IMG/VR virus record: IMGVR_UViG_3300035665_000001
Coordinates: 124,001-188,000 of that record
Length of the DNA: 64,000 nt
Reading direction: 5' to 3' (one strand)
The position numbers and the translations under genes are program-made. Below the pieces are notes generated by a model. It did no database searches. It had not been told where the DNA came from and saw only the letters and a program-made list of their open reading frames with translations. Below, in pieces: positions 50,243 to 59,570 of the stretch; the first letter of the stretch is position 1, and every line of letters starts with the position of its first letter.

Positions 50243-52855
50243 ATGATTAAAGATATTATATTAGGTTCATCCGAAATAGTAACAGTAAGTGGTACAGGTG
50301 ATCCAAATTGGAGTAACGTTGCGTTGTTATTAAATGGTGATGATTTATTGGATCATTCGAGTAATTCTAAAACCATAACTGTTAATGGTACTATATCAAT
50401 TAATACAACTACAAAGAAATACGGAACAGGTTCATATTATAGTTCATCTGCTGGAAATTATTTAACAGTTACAAATATGGGTTTATTTGGATCTTCTAAT
50501 TTTACAATGGAAGGATGGTTTTATAAGATAGCTAGCACTGGAAATGGGTTGACAAGTTATTTTTCATATAACCAATATACGGATGGTATTTTATTCCGCG
50601 ACGATTGTTTATATATTAATGGTTTGAATTTAGGTTCATTTTCATCAGGTTTATCAACAAACACTTGGCACCATATAGCATTAGTCCGTGATGGAAACAC
50701 TTTTACAATTTATTTAGATGGTGTGTCGACTAAACAATATAGTAGTAATGCTGTTATTTCACCATCATCCACAACAACATTATGGGTGGGTGCGGCATCA
50801 CATAATGCAGGTAGTGAAGGGTTTTATGGGTATATTGATGATGTAAGAGTAACTAAAGGGGTTGCGGTTTATACTGCAAATTTTACACCAACACAATTAC
50901 AGATTGGAGCTTTCACAACTTCACCTGTTTCTGCTTCCGATCCAAATACATCGAGATATGTTTCTTTATTATTAAATGGTGATGGTACAAACGGTGCACA
51001 AAATAATACTTTTGTTGATAGTAGTTCAAGTAATTTGACTGTTACTAGGTATGGTGATTCAACACAGGGCTCATTTGGACCTTTTGGTAATAGTTGGGGT
51101 GTTTCTTTTAATGGTGCATCCGATTATTTAGAGGTACCAACAGCTTTTGCAGGTTTAACAAATACAACATCACCATTTACAGTCGAAGGTTGGTTTAATA
51201 GTAATATATCTATTTCTGGTATTTGTCCAATCGGTATGAATAGTAAGAGTTCAGGGACAAATGTTTTATTATGGGGTGGTGATTTATGGGTAAATAATAC
51301 GAATGTATTTTCATTTAGTACAAACCATACCGATGTAGTAAAATATAATTGGTATCATGTTGCTATTTGTTACAATGGATCAACAGTAAAATGGTATGAA
51401 AATGGTAATTTAATTTATACTTATAATGGGGCATTAACAGTTGCACCTAATGATTGTACATTAGGAATTGGTGCTGAATTTGACGCTGCAAATGGTGGCA
51501 GTCCAGGCAATTATCATAATGGTTACATAAGTAATTTTAGAGTTAGTAATATCGTTCGTTATACATCGAACTTTACACCACCAACATCTAATTTTGTTTC
51601 AGATACAAATACTTTACTATTAACCTGTAGTGGTAATATGTTTAAAGATTATTCATCACTTAATAAAACAATATCAATTTTTAATACACCAAAAATTGTA
51701 AAGGAATGTCCATTTCCAGAAGTGTATGATAAAACTGTTCAAGGTGGAAGTGCTTATTTTGATGGTACAGGTGATTATTTGACTACTAATGGAGTATCTA
51801 TTTCATCAGCAACAAATTATACCTTAGAATTCTGGTTTTATACCACCGATGTAACTGCAAGTTATCACAGAATTATTCATAATAACTCCAATGGTAATAT
51901 TTATTATTGGTACACCAATGGGACAACATTATATGGTTATAATGCTGACATTGGTACCCTTATTTCTGCAGGGACATTTGTTCCAGGTCAATGGACTCAT
52001 GTTGCGATTAGTAGAGTGAGTACAACGACCACGGTGTATTTAAATGGGGTTTCTACAAAAACGTATTCTGGTTCAAGTGCATTCACTACGATTGGTAATA
52101 CAATTGGTGGCGGTCCAGCTTCAGAATATTTTACTGGATACTTATCTAATATTCACATTGTAAATGGTACAGCATTATATACCTCCAATTTTACACCATC
52201 AACATCTCCATTAACAGCAATTGCAAACACCTCATTACTATTGAAGTGTGATAATGCTGGTATTATCGATGCAATAGGTAAAAATGATTTGGTTACTTAT
52301 GGTAATGCTCAAATTAGTACAGCTAAGAAAAAATATGGTACAGGCAGTATGTATTTCGATGGTTCAAATGGTTATTTGGTAATACCCCACAATACCAATT
52401 TAAATATGGTAGGAGGTAATTTTACTATTGAGTTTTGGGCTAATTTTGCGGCAAATCAAAACGGTCCTGTTATTTCGAAATGGATAAATGGTAAAGGTGA
52501 ATTTTATTTTGGTATTCATAATTCAGCAGTACAATGTGCAATTTTAAATAGTTCCAGTGCTGGGAATACCTCTGGTGGTACATTTTGTTCAGCAGGTGCA
52601 TTTACAACGAATGTTTGGAATCATTGGGCTGCGGTTAGAAATGGTGATAATATTTTAATGTTTAAAGATGGTGTTTTACAATCAACTACATCATTTACTG
52701 GTAATATTTTTACATCTGATTCAAAATTAACATGTGGGTATAATTTAGACAATGGTTGGACAATAAACGGTTACATAGATGATTTAAGAATCACAAAAGG
52801 GAAAGCGTTGTACACATCAAACTTTACACCTCCATCTACACCACTAACACCATAA
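50243..52855 (+). CDS. Four-domain LamG-like receptor-binding protein 3
   Basis: Same framework; MIKDIILG leader; late motif at 50202. Confidence 0.85.
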   Translation: MIKDIILGSSEIVTVSGTGDPNWSNVALLLNGDDLLDHSSNSKTITVNGTISINTTTKKYGTGSYYSSSAGNYLTVTNMGLFGSSNFTMEGWFYKIASTGNGLTSYFSYNQYTDGILFRDDCLYINGLNLGSFSSGLSTNTWHHIALVRDGNTFTIYLDGVSTKQYSSNAVISPSSTTTLWVGAASHNAGSEGFYGYIDDVRVTKGVAVYTANFTPTQLQIGAFTTSPVSASDPNTSRYVSLLLNGDGTNGAQNNTFVDSSSSNLTVTRYGDSTQGSFGPFGNSWGVSFNGASDYLEVPTAFAGLTNTTSPFTVEGWFNSNISISGICPIGMNSKSSGTNVLLWGGDLWVNNTNVFSFSTNHTDVVKYNWYHVAICYNGSTVKWYENGNLIYTYNGALTVAPNDCTLGIGAEFDAANGGSPGNYHNGYISNFRVSNIVRYTSNFTPPTSNFVSDTNTLLLTCSGNMFKDYSSLNKTISIFNTPKIVKECPFPEVYDKTVQGGSAYFDGTGDYLTTNGVSISSATNYTLEFWFYTTDVTASYHRIIHNNSNGNIYYWYTNGTTLYGYNADIGTLISAGTFVPGQWTHVAISRVSTTTTVYLNGVSTKTYSGSSAFTTIGNTIGGGPASEYFTGYLSNIHIVNGTALYTSNFTPSTSPLTAIANTSLLLKCDNAGIIDAIGKNDLVTYGNAQISTAKKKYGTGSMYFDGSNGYLVIPHNTNLNMVGGNFTIEFWANFAANQNGPVISKWINGKGEFYFGIHNSAVQCAILNSSSAGNTSGGTFCSAGAFTTNVWNHWAAVRNGDNILMFKDGVLQSTTSFTGNIFTSDSKLTCGYNLDNGWTINGYIDDLRITKGKALYTSNFTPPSTPLTP

Positions 52856-52871
52856 TTATGTGTTGAAATTT

Positions 52872-52910
52872 AAAACCCCTTCCATTTAAATAATTGGCGA
52901 AGGGGTTTTA
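52872..52910. terminator. Bidirectional terminator
   Basis: AAAACCCCTTC...GAAGGGGTTTT between convergent genes. Confidence 0.7.
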
Positions 52911-52914
52911 ATCA

Positions 52915-53790
52915 TCATTGTATAGTTAATACTGTATAGTAATTTTTTGGTTCATGAAAAAATGTAGTGTAATCAGAAACAACATTTACCAAAGAAAGTG
53001 TATTGTTTGTGGATTCAATTTTCTCAATTTTTTCTAAATCAAACATAATGTATGGAATAAAATATCCACCCCCATCTGCCATAATTTTAATAGTATTACC
53101 TACGTTATTATAGGCTAACAAAATTTTATCACCAATTGCCTCATGTATTCGGATTTTAATATTCTGATTGATGTAAAAAGAACCATCATCTTTACAATTT
53201 AAAAATTTTTTCTCTACATCCAAGATTTTAAAGTTACTAAATGTTTTTGATGATATTACTATCACATTTGCAGTACCTCTTCGATTTTTTCTACCAATGT
53301 TATTTGCTTCATTTTGAATGATACCAAAAATTTTAATATCAACATCATCCACAAAAGTAAATTTTTCTGCACGATCAACAATTTCACATAACATCTTATT
53401 TTCGATTGATTCATATAAAACTGAAAAGGTGTCATGTAAATTATGTTGTGGTGTTTTATCTTGTTGCAATGTATCTAAAAAGTCTAAAGTAATTTGACAT
53501 ACAGATTCATTATCTGTTTCTACCACAATATCATCGGTTTGTAATGAAAAAGAAGTGTTGGAATCATTAGAAACATACATAAATTTTATGGTATCCTGTT
53601 TTTTTGATACAGGTTGTATCTGCATAATATCATTAATGATTGATTTTTTTAAAAAATTAACTACAGCATTCAAAAATATATTCTTAGTATCTTCAGTCTG
53701 AGATATTAACAGTTGGTTTGATAGTAGTTGTATTGCAACATTATGTTTACCGCAACCTGGTGTAAAATCAATTTTTTCTACAATTTGCAT
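52915..53790 (-). CDS. Shortened T4 gp23/gp24-like capsid protein paralog
   Basis: IMQIQPV, I.NEAN.I.R.NRRG.AN.I..S, L.Y.....DGGGYF.PY, NYY motifs; only 291 aa. Confidence 0.65.
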   Translation of the reverse strand: MQIVEKIDFTPGCGKHNVAIQLLSNQLLISQTEDTKNIFLNAVVNFLKKSIINDIMQIQPVSKKQDTIKFMYVSNDSNTSFSLQTDDIVVETDNESVCQITLDFLDTLQQDKTPQHNLHDTFSVLYESIENKMLCEIVDRAEKFTFVDDVDIKIFGIIQNEANNIGRKNRRGTANVIVISSKTFSNFKILDVEKKFLNCKDDGSFYINQNIKIRIHEAIGDKILLAYNNVGNTIKIMADGGGYFIPYIMFDLEKIEKIESTNNTLSLVNVVSDYTTFFHEPKNYYTVLTIQ

Positions 53791-53799
53791 AATTTTCCT

Positions 53800-54414
53800 C
53801 TAACGATTTTTAATTAATGGTTGTGTTTCTTCACCAAAAAATAATTTTTCAGTTTTATATTTTTTTAGCCAATTAGCGGTATCTTTAGCTTGTTCAATAA
53901 ATTCTGGTGACACCTTCTCCCATCGCTCATCTGATTCAGAATCCCAACCACCTTTTGTTTTATCAGGAACATAATTTTCCAATGAATGAATTACTTCATC
54001 AATAGTTTTATATTCACTAAAGGCACTTTCAATCATGCTCGCAGAATGTTGTTTTAACCCAGGAATTGTATTAATACCCAACAATTCTTCTGCATGACAT
54101 TTAGTACAACTGCACGGAACACAAGTGCAATCACCAATATGAATGCCACTTAATTCAGTTAGGAATATATCAAATAATTCATCAACTCTTTCATCTAATT
54201 TAGATTTTATATTATCTTCTGGACACCAATAATCAATATCTAAATCTTTTCGGATTTTTTCAATATCATAATCTGTTTTTTTAGATTCAAACCAAGCAAA
54301 TTCAATAATATTTTCCATTCTGGAAATTTTTATCTTTAACCAAAATTCTTTTTTGTCTGATTCTGTTAATTCAACTATCGAATCTAGTGGATTATCTTTA
54401 TATATTATATGCAT
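53800..54414 (-). CDS. Hypothetical protein with HxGDC..VPCSC.KC metal motif
   Basis: Cys/His cluster; TAGTATAAT upstream. Confidence 0.65.
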   Translation of the reverse strand: MHIIYKDNPLDSIVELTESDKKEFWLKIKISRMENIIEFAWFESKKTDYDIEKIRKDLDIDYWCPEDNIKSKLDERVDELFDIFLTELSGIHIGDCTCVPCSCTKCHAEELLGINTIPGLKQHSASMIESAFSEYKTIDEVIHSLENYVPDKTKGGWDSESDERWEKVSPEFIEQAKDTANWLKKYKTEKLFFGEETQPLIKNR

Positions 54415-54535
54415 GTTATGTAAGTTTTGTAATAATTAAATGGTTATCAATGTCAATTATACTATATTCTTTTAGAGGTAAAAAAAACCTAACAAGTTAT
54501 TTGTTAGGCTTTTTAATTATGATGTTAACTAAGAT

Positions 54536-54982
54536 TTAAACAAAAAGTTTATTTCTTTCACCAGCAAACCATGATGCGAATTTCATCCAATCTTTATCAC
54601 TGATAGGCATAGATACACCATTTTCCATTTTTAATACAGTAGAATTAAACGCATTATTCATGATTGCAATTGTAATTGCAGCCACTGTATCCTGTGTTTC
54701 TTTAGTTAATGTAATTTTATAAGTTTTACCATTCAACTCATAATCTACACCAGCTCTTTTAGCATCTAAAGCCGCTAAATCTGCAGCTACTTTTTCTTCT
54801 TGTGCTTTAAGTTCTGCAGCTGTAAACGCTCTAATGTCACCATTAGTTTCTTTAATTAATCTTCCTTGGAAAGTAAAACCTTCTTGAAGTGTATCAAAAC
54901 CAGTGGTATCAAAATCTTCTGCAGGATTAACAATAATTTCTGTTGATATACCATCTTTACCAAATTTAACGTATGTAGTCAT
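54536..54982 (-). CDS. Tail-fibre assembly-like protein
   Basis: Downstream of a fibre gene; GV.Y.....Y.I, NG...I...D...F..WF..ERN.LF. Confidence 0.55.
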   Translation of the reverse strand: MTTYVKFGKDGISTEIIVNPAEDFDTTGFDTLQEGFTFQGRLIKETNGDIRAFTAAELKAQEEKVAADLAALDAKRAGVDYELNGKTYKITLTKETQDTVAAITIAIMNNAFNSTVLKMENGVSMPISDKDWMKFASWFAGERNKLFV

Positions 54983-55009
54983 TTTAAATATCTCCTTTTT
55001 TTAGTTTAA

Positions 55010-56341
55010 TTATCTATTGCCATAATCTCTGGCACATGCAGTCCAGATATTTGCAAAGTTAGCAGTAGTATAACCTAAATTCCATTTTGATGAATTTAAC
55101 GTTGCTAACATTCTTAAATCACAAATAGTAGATGAACCATCAATTAATGTGGAAAGATTGTAAATTTTATTAATATCAACAAATGTTTCACCACCATTAC
55201 TACTAGTCCATTTATACATTGAAGCAGATAGTAAAATAATAACTGTAGTATTGGCAGGAATAGTAACAGTCATAGATGAATTGTTAGGTGTATTTCCACC
55301 TGTATATTGATATACATACGAATGACTTGTATTTGTAACAGAATTATAAGTTGTGGCATTTGGCGTAATAACTACTGCACCAGATCCTTCATGACCATAC
55401 ACCCACCCTGCAGCAAAATCCCAATACAACGTTTTATTTAATGATGACCCTGTTGTGTTTCTAACTGGTATTGCTAGGAATGAGTTTGGACAGTAACCAC
55501 CGTTATTGTAGGAGCCGTTGTATGCCGCTTGATAACTTCTATCTGTACCAACGATGTTATCGTGTCTAGCCCATAGAATTTGTGGACCTGGTTGTGCATC
55601 CGAACCAGAAAAACCATCATGTGTTGAATGTGAGGTTCCCAAACCATAACCAGATAATAAACACATTGCCTGAATTAATGAGGTATCACCATTTCCAGAT
55701 AGATAAGAATAATATGTTGTCCATGGTCCACTACTTGAACTTACTGGATAACCAGAAGCTCTATCCCATACGTTGTATAACGCACCTACAGAATAACCTT
55801 CTTTACCTTGATAACTGGATGCACTTGTTGATGCACTGCTAGCATTAACAACAGTAGTAGAAATAGATGCATTTCCAGTTCCATCAAATGAAACTGAACC
55901 AGTAACGTCCCCAGTTAATGCGATTGTTCTTGCAGTTGCTAATTTAGTGGCAGCAGCAGCAGTTGCAGTTAGACCTAATTTACCATCAATGTTTGTTTGT
56001 AATGTTGTAACTGCTGAAGCTCTTGTAGATACTTCACTTGCCAAATTGTTGGTTAAAGTGGTAATTGCTGAAGCTCTTGTAGATGCTTCAGTTGCCAAAT
56101 TATTGGTTAAAGTAGTATCTGCGTTTTGTCTTGCGGTTACTTCCGCAGTCAAATTATTGGTTAAAGTGGTATCTGCTGCTTGTCTTGCAGTTGCCTCAGT
56201 AGTAATCGCTGTTGAACGAGCAGTTTCAGCTGCGGTAATAGCAGTTTGCAATGCAGTGTCTGCTGCTTGTCTTGCAGTTGCCTCATTTGCGATATTAGTA
56301 GCAACAACACTACCGATTTTTTTAAATATTGAATCGACCAT
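55010..56341 (-). CDS. Tail/whisker fibre (MVDSIFKK family) with a unique tip domain
   Basis: EATARQAAD repeats; ATKLATARTI.LTGDVTGSVSFDG motif. Confidence 0.8.
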   Translation of the reverse strand: MVDSIFKKIGSVVATNIANEATARQAADTALQTAITAAETARSTAITTEATARQAADTTLTNNLTAEVTARQNADTTLTNNLATEASTRASAITTLTNNLASEVSTRASAVTTLQTNIDGKLGLTATAAAATKLATARTIALTGDVTGSVSFDGTGNASISTTVVNASSASTSASSYQGKEGYSVGALYNVWDRASGYPVSSSSGPWTTYYSYLSGNGDTSLIQAMCLLSGYGLGTSHSTHDGFSGSDAQPGPQILWARHDNIVGTDRSYQAAYNGSYNNGGYCPNSFLAIPVRNTTGSSLNKTLYWDFAAGWVYGHEGSGAVVITPNATTYNSVTNTSHSYVYQYTGGNTPNNSSMTVTIPANTTVIILLSASMYKWTSSNGGETFVDINKIYNLSTLIDGSSTICDLRMLATLNSSKWNLGYTTANFANIWTACARDYGNR

Positions 56342-56847
56342 TTGTATCTCCTATTTAATAATTTTTAATTTCAATAAATCATTTCATTTTTTAAAATGAA
56401 ACATCACCTAAATAGTGAAGTTTCTATACCTATTTCTAGGTCTTATAAAGATTTTTATTCCCTAAGAAAACCATAATATTTTCTATTTCAAGGACACACA
56501 TTGTTTTAATTTCTTAGAAAATACAATGACCATGAATTAAAAATATTATGATTTTCTCATCCTTTATATCCATACAAAAAGTGGTATTTTAGAAAAGGGA
56601 TGATAAAAAATTAAATAATTCCACTTTTATTTATTCACAAACATCAAAATGATGATGAGTTGATGGGAAAATAACCATGAATCCAAAATATAGTATTTCT
56701 AAATTTTAGTTTTGTTGGTATTAAATTTTTAATATATCAACTATTTTACATTTGACCACTTAATTGACTAAAAATATTTATTTTTTGAAGTTAAAAAAAC
56801 TCCAACATATTAAACATTGGAGTTTTTAGTAGAGTAAATATTAACTA

Positions 56848-57210
56848 TTATTTACTTGGTTCTACAGGCCATGCAATTTGCTCAGGTGTTGTAACATAGG
56901 GTTGAACACTTGGAAAATTACGTAATGCATTACGATAAGCTGCCCATTCTGCTTTTTTTGCATCTGATAATGCCGCGTCTGGAAGTTGTGTCCAATCAGA
57001 CATTTTCAATAAATCTGTACGAACAGTTCTAATATAATTAAAGAACTGTTCGTTGGTTGGAGGAACGATTGTTTCCGCCTCAAAATATTCAACATACCCT
57101 AATTCAGCTAAACCGACTTGGTCTTTTAAACCTGTTCTAGCTAATACATCCAAATATGGTATTTTACTTTCTGTAACAATACCACCAACTTCTAAATTAT
57201 AATAAACCAT
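56848..57210 (-). CDS. Tail-fibre assembly chaperone
   Basis: R..R..LL..SDWTQLPD...WA.YR.ALR..P...I.WP..P; start at MVYYN. Confidence 0.85.
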   Translation of the reverse strand: MVYYNLEVGGIVTESKIPYLDVLARTGLKDQVGLAELGYVEYFEAETIVPPTNEQFFNYIRTVRTDLLKMSDWTQLPDAALSDAKKAEWAAYRNALRNFPSVQPYVTTPEQIAWPVEPSK

Positions 57211-59381
57211 TACATATCTCCTGTACCTGTTGATGGGAATGAACGACCAGATCCCCAAATTATACGAACGCAACCACGACCACCTTTATTTAATCCGTAA
57301 CCCATTGGACTACTACTACCAGTTCCGCCACCGCCACCGCCATATAAACCACCTACTTTTGTACCAAAAACACCTATACTCCACCATGGGTTTTCACCAA
57401 TGTCACCATCTGTACCACCGGAACCACACATACCACCCGAATGTGCCCGTGAACTTCCTGATGTACCTTGACCAAATGGACCAACACCACCACCTGCACC
57501 TGTACCATAAGTAGAAGAGTACATATAACCACCTGCTGCACCGCCACCAGATCCATTGTGATTGGCACCATTTTCTCCAGATCCACCGTTTCCTGTATAA
57601 CCGCCGGCACCACCACCAGAACAAGCCCATTGTCCTGAACCATAACCACCATTACCACCACCACCTCTATATGCTCCACCACCACCAGCATTACTACCAT
57701 TGGAACCGCCATTAGCATAGAGTGTAGATGTATTTATGAAGTATGATTGACCACCGGATAAATCACCACCATTCCCATCACCACCTTTACCAACTTGAAC
57801 CGTATAATCTGTACCTGGTGTTACTGGAATGTTATTACCCCACGATAAAGCTCCACCAGCTCCACCACCATAAGACCATTGTGAACCACCACCAGCTCCA
57901 CCACCGATACAAACTACAGAAACAGATGTTACCCCAGGAGGACATCTCCATGTATAAGTACCATGTCCAGAACCATAGAAAGCTTGTCCAACTAATGAAC
58001 CACTACCACCAACAACAGTTCCAGAAACAGTAGTAGAAATAGATGCATTTCCTGTTCCATCGAATGAAACCGAACCAGTGACGTCACCAGTTAAAGAGAT
58101 AGTTCTTGCAGTTGCTAATTTAGTTGCTGCTGCTGCAGTTGCAGTTAGACCTAATTTACCATCAATGTTTGTTTGTAATGTTGTAACTGCTGAAGCTCTT
58201 GTAGATACTTCACTTGCCAAATTGTTGGTTAAAGTGGTAATTGCTGCTTGTCTTGCAGATGTTTCAACAGCTATAGCAGCTGCTTGTGCAGTTGAAACAG
58301 GTTTTGATAAGTCGGCTGTATTATCAACGTTAGTTAAACCAATTGCTGATTTATCTAATACACCATTTACAAAATTAGTACCATTCCATTTAATAATGTC
58401 GTTCACTTGTTTATTTGAAATTAATACATCATTTAATGAACCTAAAGCATGGTTATGATTGGTTTTACTATAGGTAAGATTTGTAAACTCTCTAGTTGCG
58501 ATAGTTTCAAATGTTCCACCAATTTGACCAACTTTGAAGAAATCATCTAATTCATCAAATAATAGAGCAAAATCAGACATATCACCACGATCAACTTGGA
58601 TACCAGCTTTACCTAAAGTAACACCTGAACCAATTTCTCCGGAATTAACTACAATAATGTTATCTTTAACATTTACAATTGTTGAGTTTACAGATGTTTG
58701 TGTACCGTTAACTGTTAAGTTACCACCAATAGTTAAATTACCACTCAATTGTTGACTAGTTCCAGAAATAGTGCTACTAAACACAGTTGGTGCAGATACT
58801 TGTACCTCATTAGTTGCACCAATACGAACATTAGAACCGGTACCAACTGCATTTAAAAATACGTCAGCGTTAATTCCTGATGTAGATATATTTACTGATT
58901 TTTCAGATTCAACTGTAGTTGTGCCAGTCCCAGAAGTTTTCATATCAATTGACTGATTACTATCTGAATGAATGTTAATTGTAGTTGCAGTTGTACCCAA
59001 AATAGCTGTATCACCAATATACAATGTATTTGTCGATAATTTGGCTTCATCAACGAAGATTGTTTTAAATCTTTGTGTTACTGAACCAATATCAATGTTA
59101 GCACCGCTTGGTAAAATTGTACTTGCTACAGTAAGTGATTTTGCATTGAAATCTTGTAACACGCTACCTGCTAAATTGGCTTTTAATGCATCTGCAGCTT
59201 TATAGGCTGTATCCAGTGCATTAACTGTATTCGATAATGTAGTAATAGCAGTTGTTCTAGATGTATTTGCAGAGGCAATATCAGCAGATAAACTATTATC
59301 AGCTGCCTGTCTTGCAGATGCTTCATTTGCAACAGCGGTTGCAACTACACTACCAATTTTTTTAAAAATTGAATCAACCAT
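57210..59381 (-). CDS. Tail/whisker fibre (MVDSIFKK family) with a glycine-rich tip
   Basis: GNLTVNGT, DNII..N, GLTNVDNTADL.KPVSTAQ, ARTISLTGD, Gly-rich GCVRIIWG tip. Confidence 0.82.
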   Translation of the reverse strand: MVDSIFKKIGSVVATAVANEASARQAADNSLSADIASANTSRTTAITTLSNTVNALDTAYKAADALKANLAGSVLQDFNAKSLTVASTILPSGANIDIGSVTQRFKTIFVDEAKLSTNTLYIGDTAILGTTATTINIHSDSNQSIDMKTSGTGTTTVESEKSVNISTSGINADVFLNAVGTGSNVRIGATNEVQVSAPTVFSSTISGTSQQLSGNLTIGGNLTVNGTQTSVNSTIVNVKDNIIVVNSGEIGSGVTLGKAGIQVDRGDMSDFALLFDELDDFFKVGQIGGTFETIATREFTNLTYSKTNHNHALGSLNDVLISNKQVNDIIKWNGTNFVNGVLDKSAIGLTNVDNTADLSKPVSTAQAAAIAVETSARQAAITTLTNNLASEVSTRASAVTTLQTNIDGKLGLTATAAAATKLATARTISLTGDVTGSVSFDGTGNASISTTVSGTVVGGSGSLVGQAFYGSGHGTYTWRCPPGVTSVSVVCIGGGAGGGSQWSYGGGAGGALSWGNNIPVTPGTDYTVQVGKGGDGNGGDLSGGQSYFINTSTLYANGGSNGSNAGGGGAYRGGGGNGGYGSGQWACSGGGAGGYTGNGGSGENGANHNGSGGGAAGGYMYSSTYGTGAGGGVGPFGQGTSGSSRAHSGGMCGSGGTDGDIGENPWWSIGVFGTKVGGLYGGGGGGTGSSSPMGYGLNKGGRGCVRIIWGSGRSFPSTGTGDM

Positions 59382-59570
59382 TTTGTATCTCCTTTTAAAT
59401 AATTTTGGGTTAATAGATTTTTTTTCATTTGAAATTTGAATAAATCCAACTTTATTTATCCAAATTTCAAAATATACATGATATTTATTTTTTAAAAAAA
59501 TATCACAAAATTCATATTTTAATATGATTTACTTTTATTATTTTACATTCACAGCGATAAAAATAACAAA

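Noticed and set aside
22452-52855. Diversity-generating retroelement acting on adhesins
   Set aside because: No reverse transcriptase and no TR/VR pair with adenine-specific differences seen
55582-59205. Plus-strand and alternate-frame ORFs within the fibre genes
   Set aside because: Shadow ORFs fully overlapping well-supported genes
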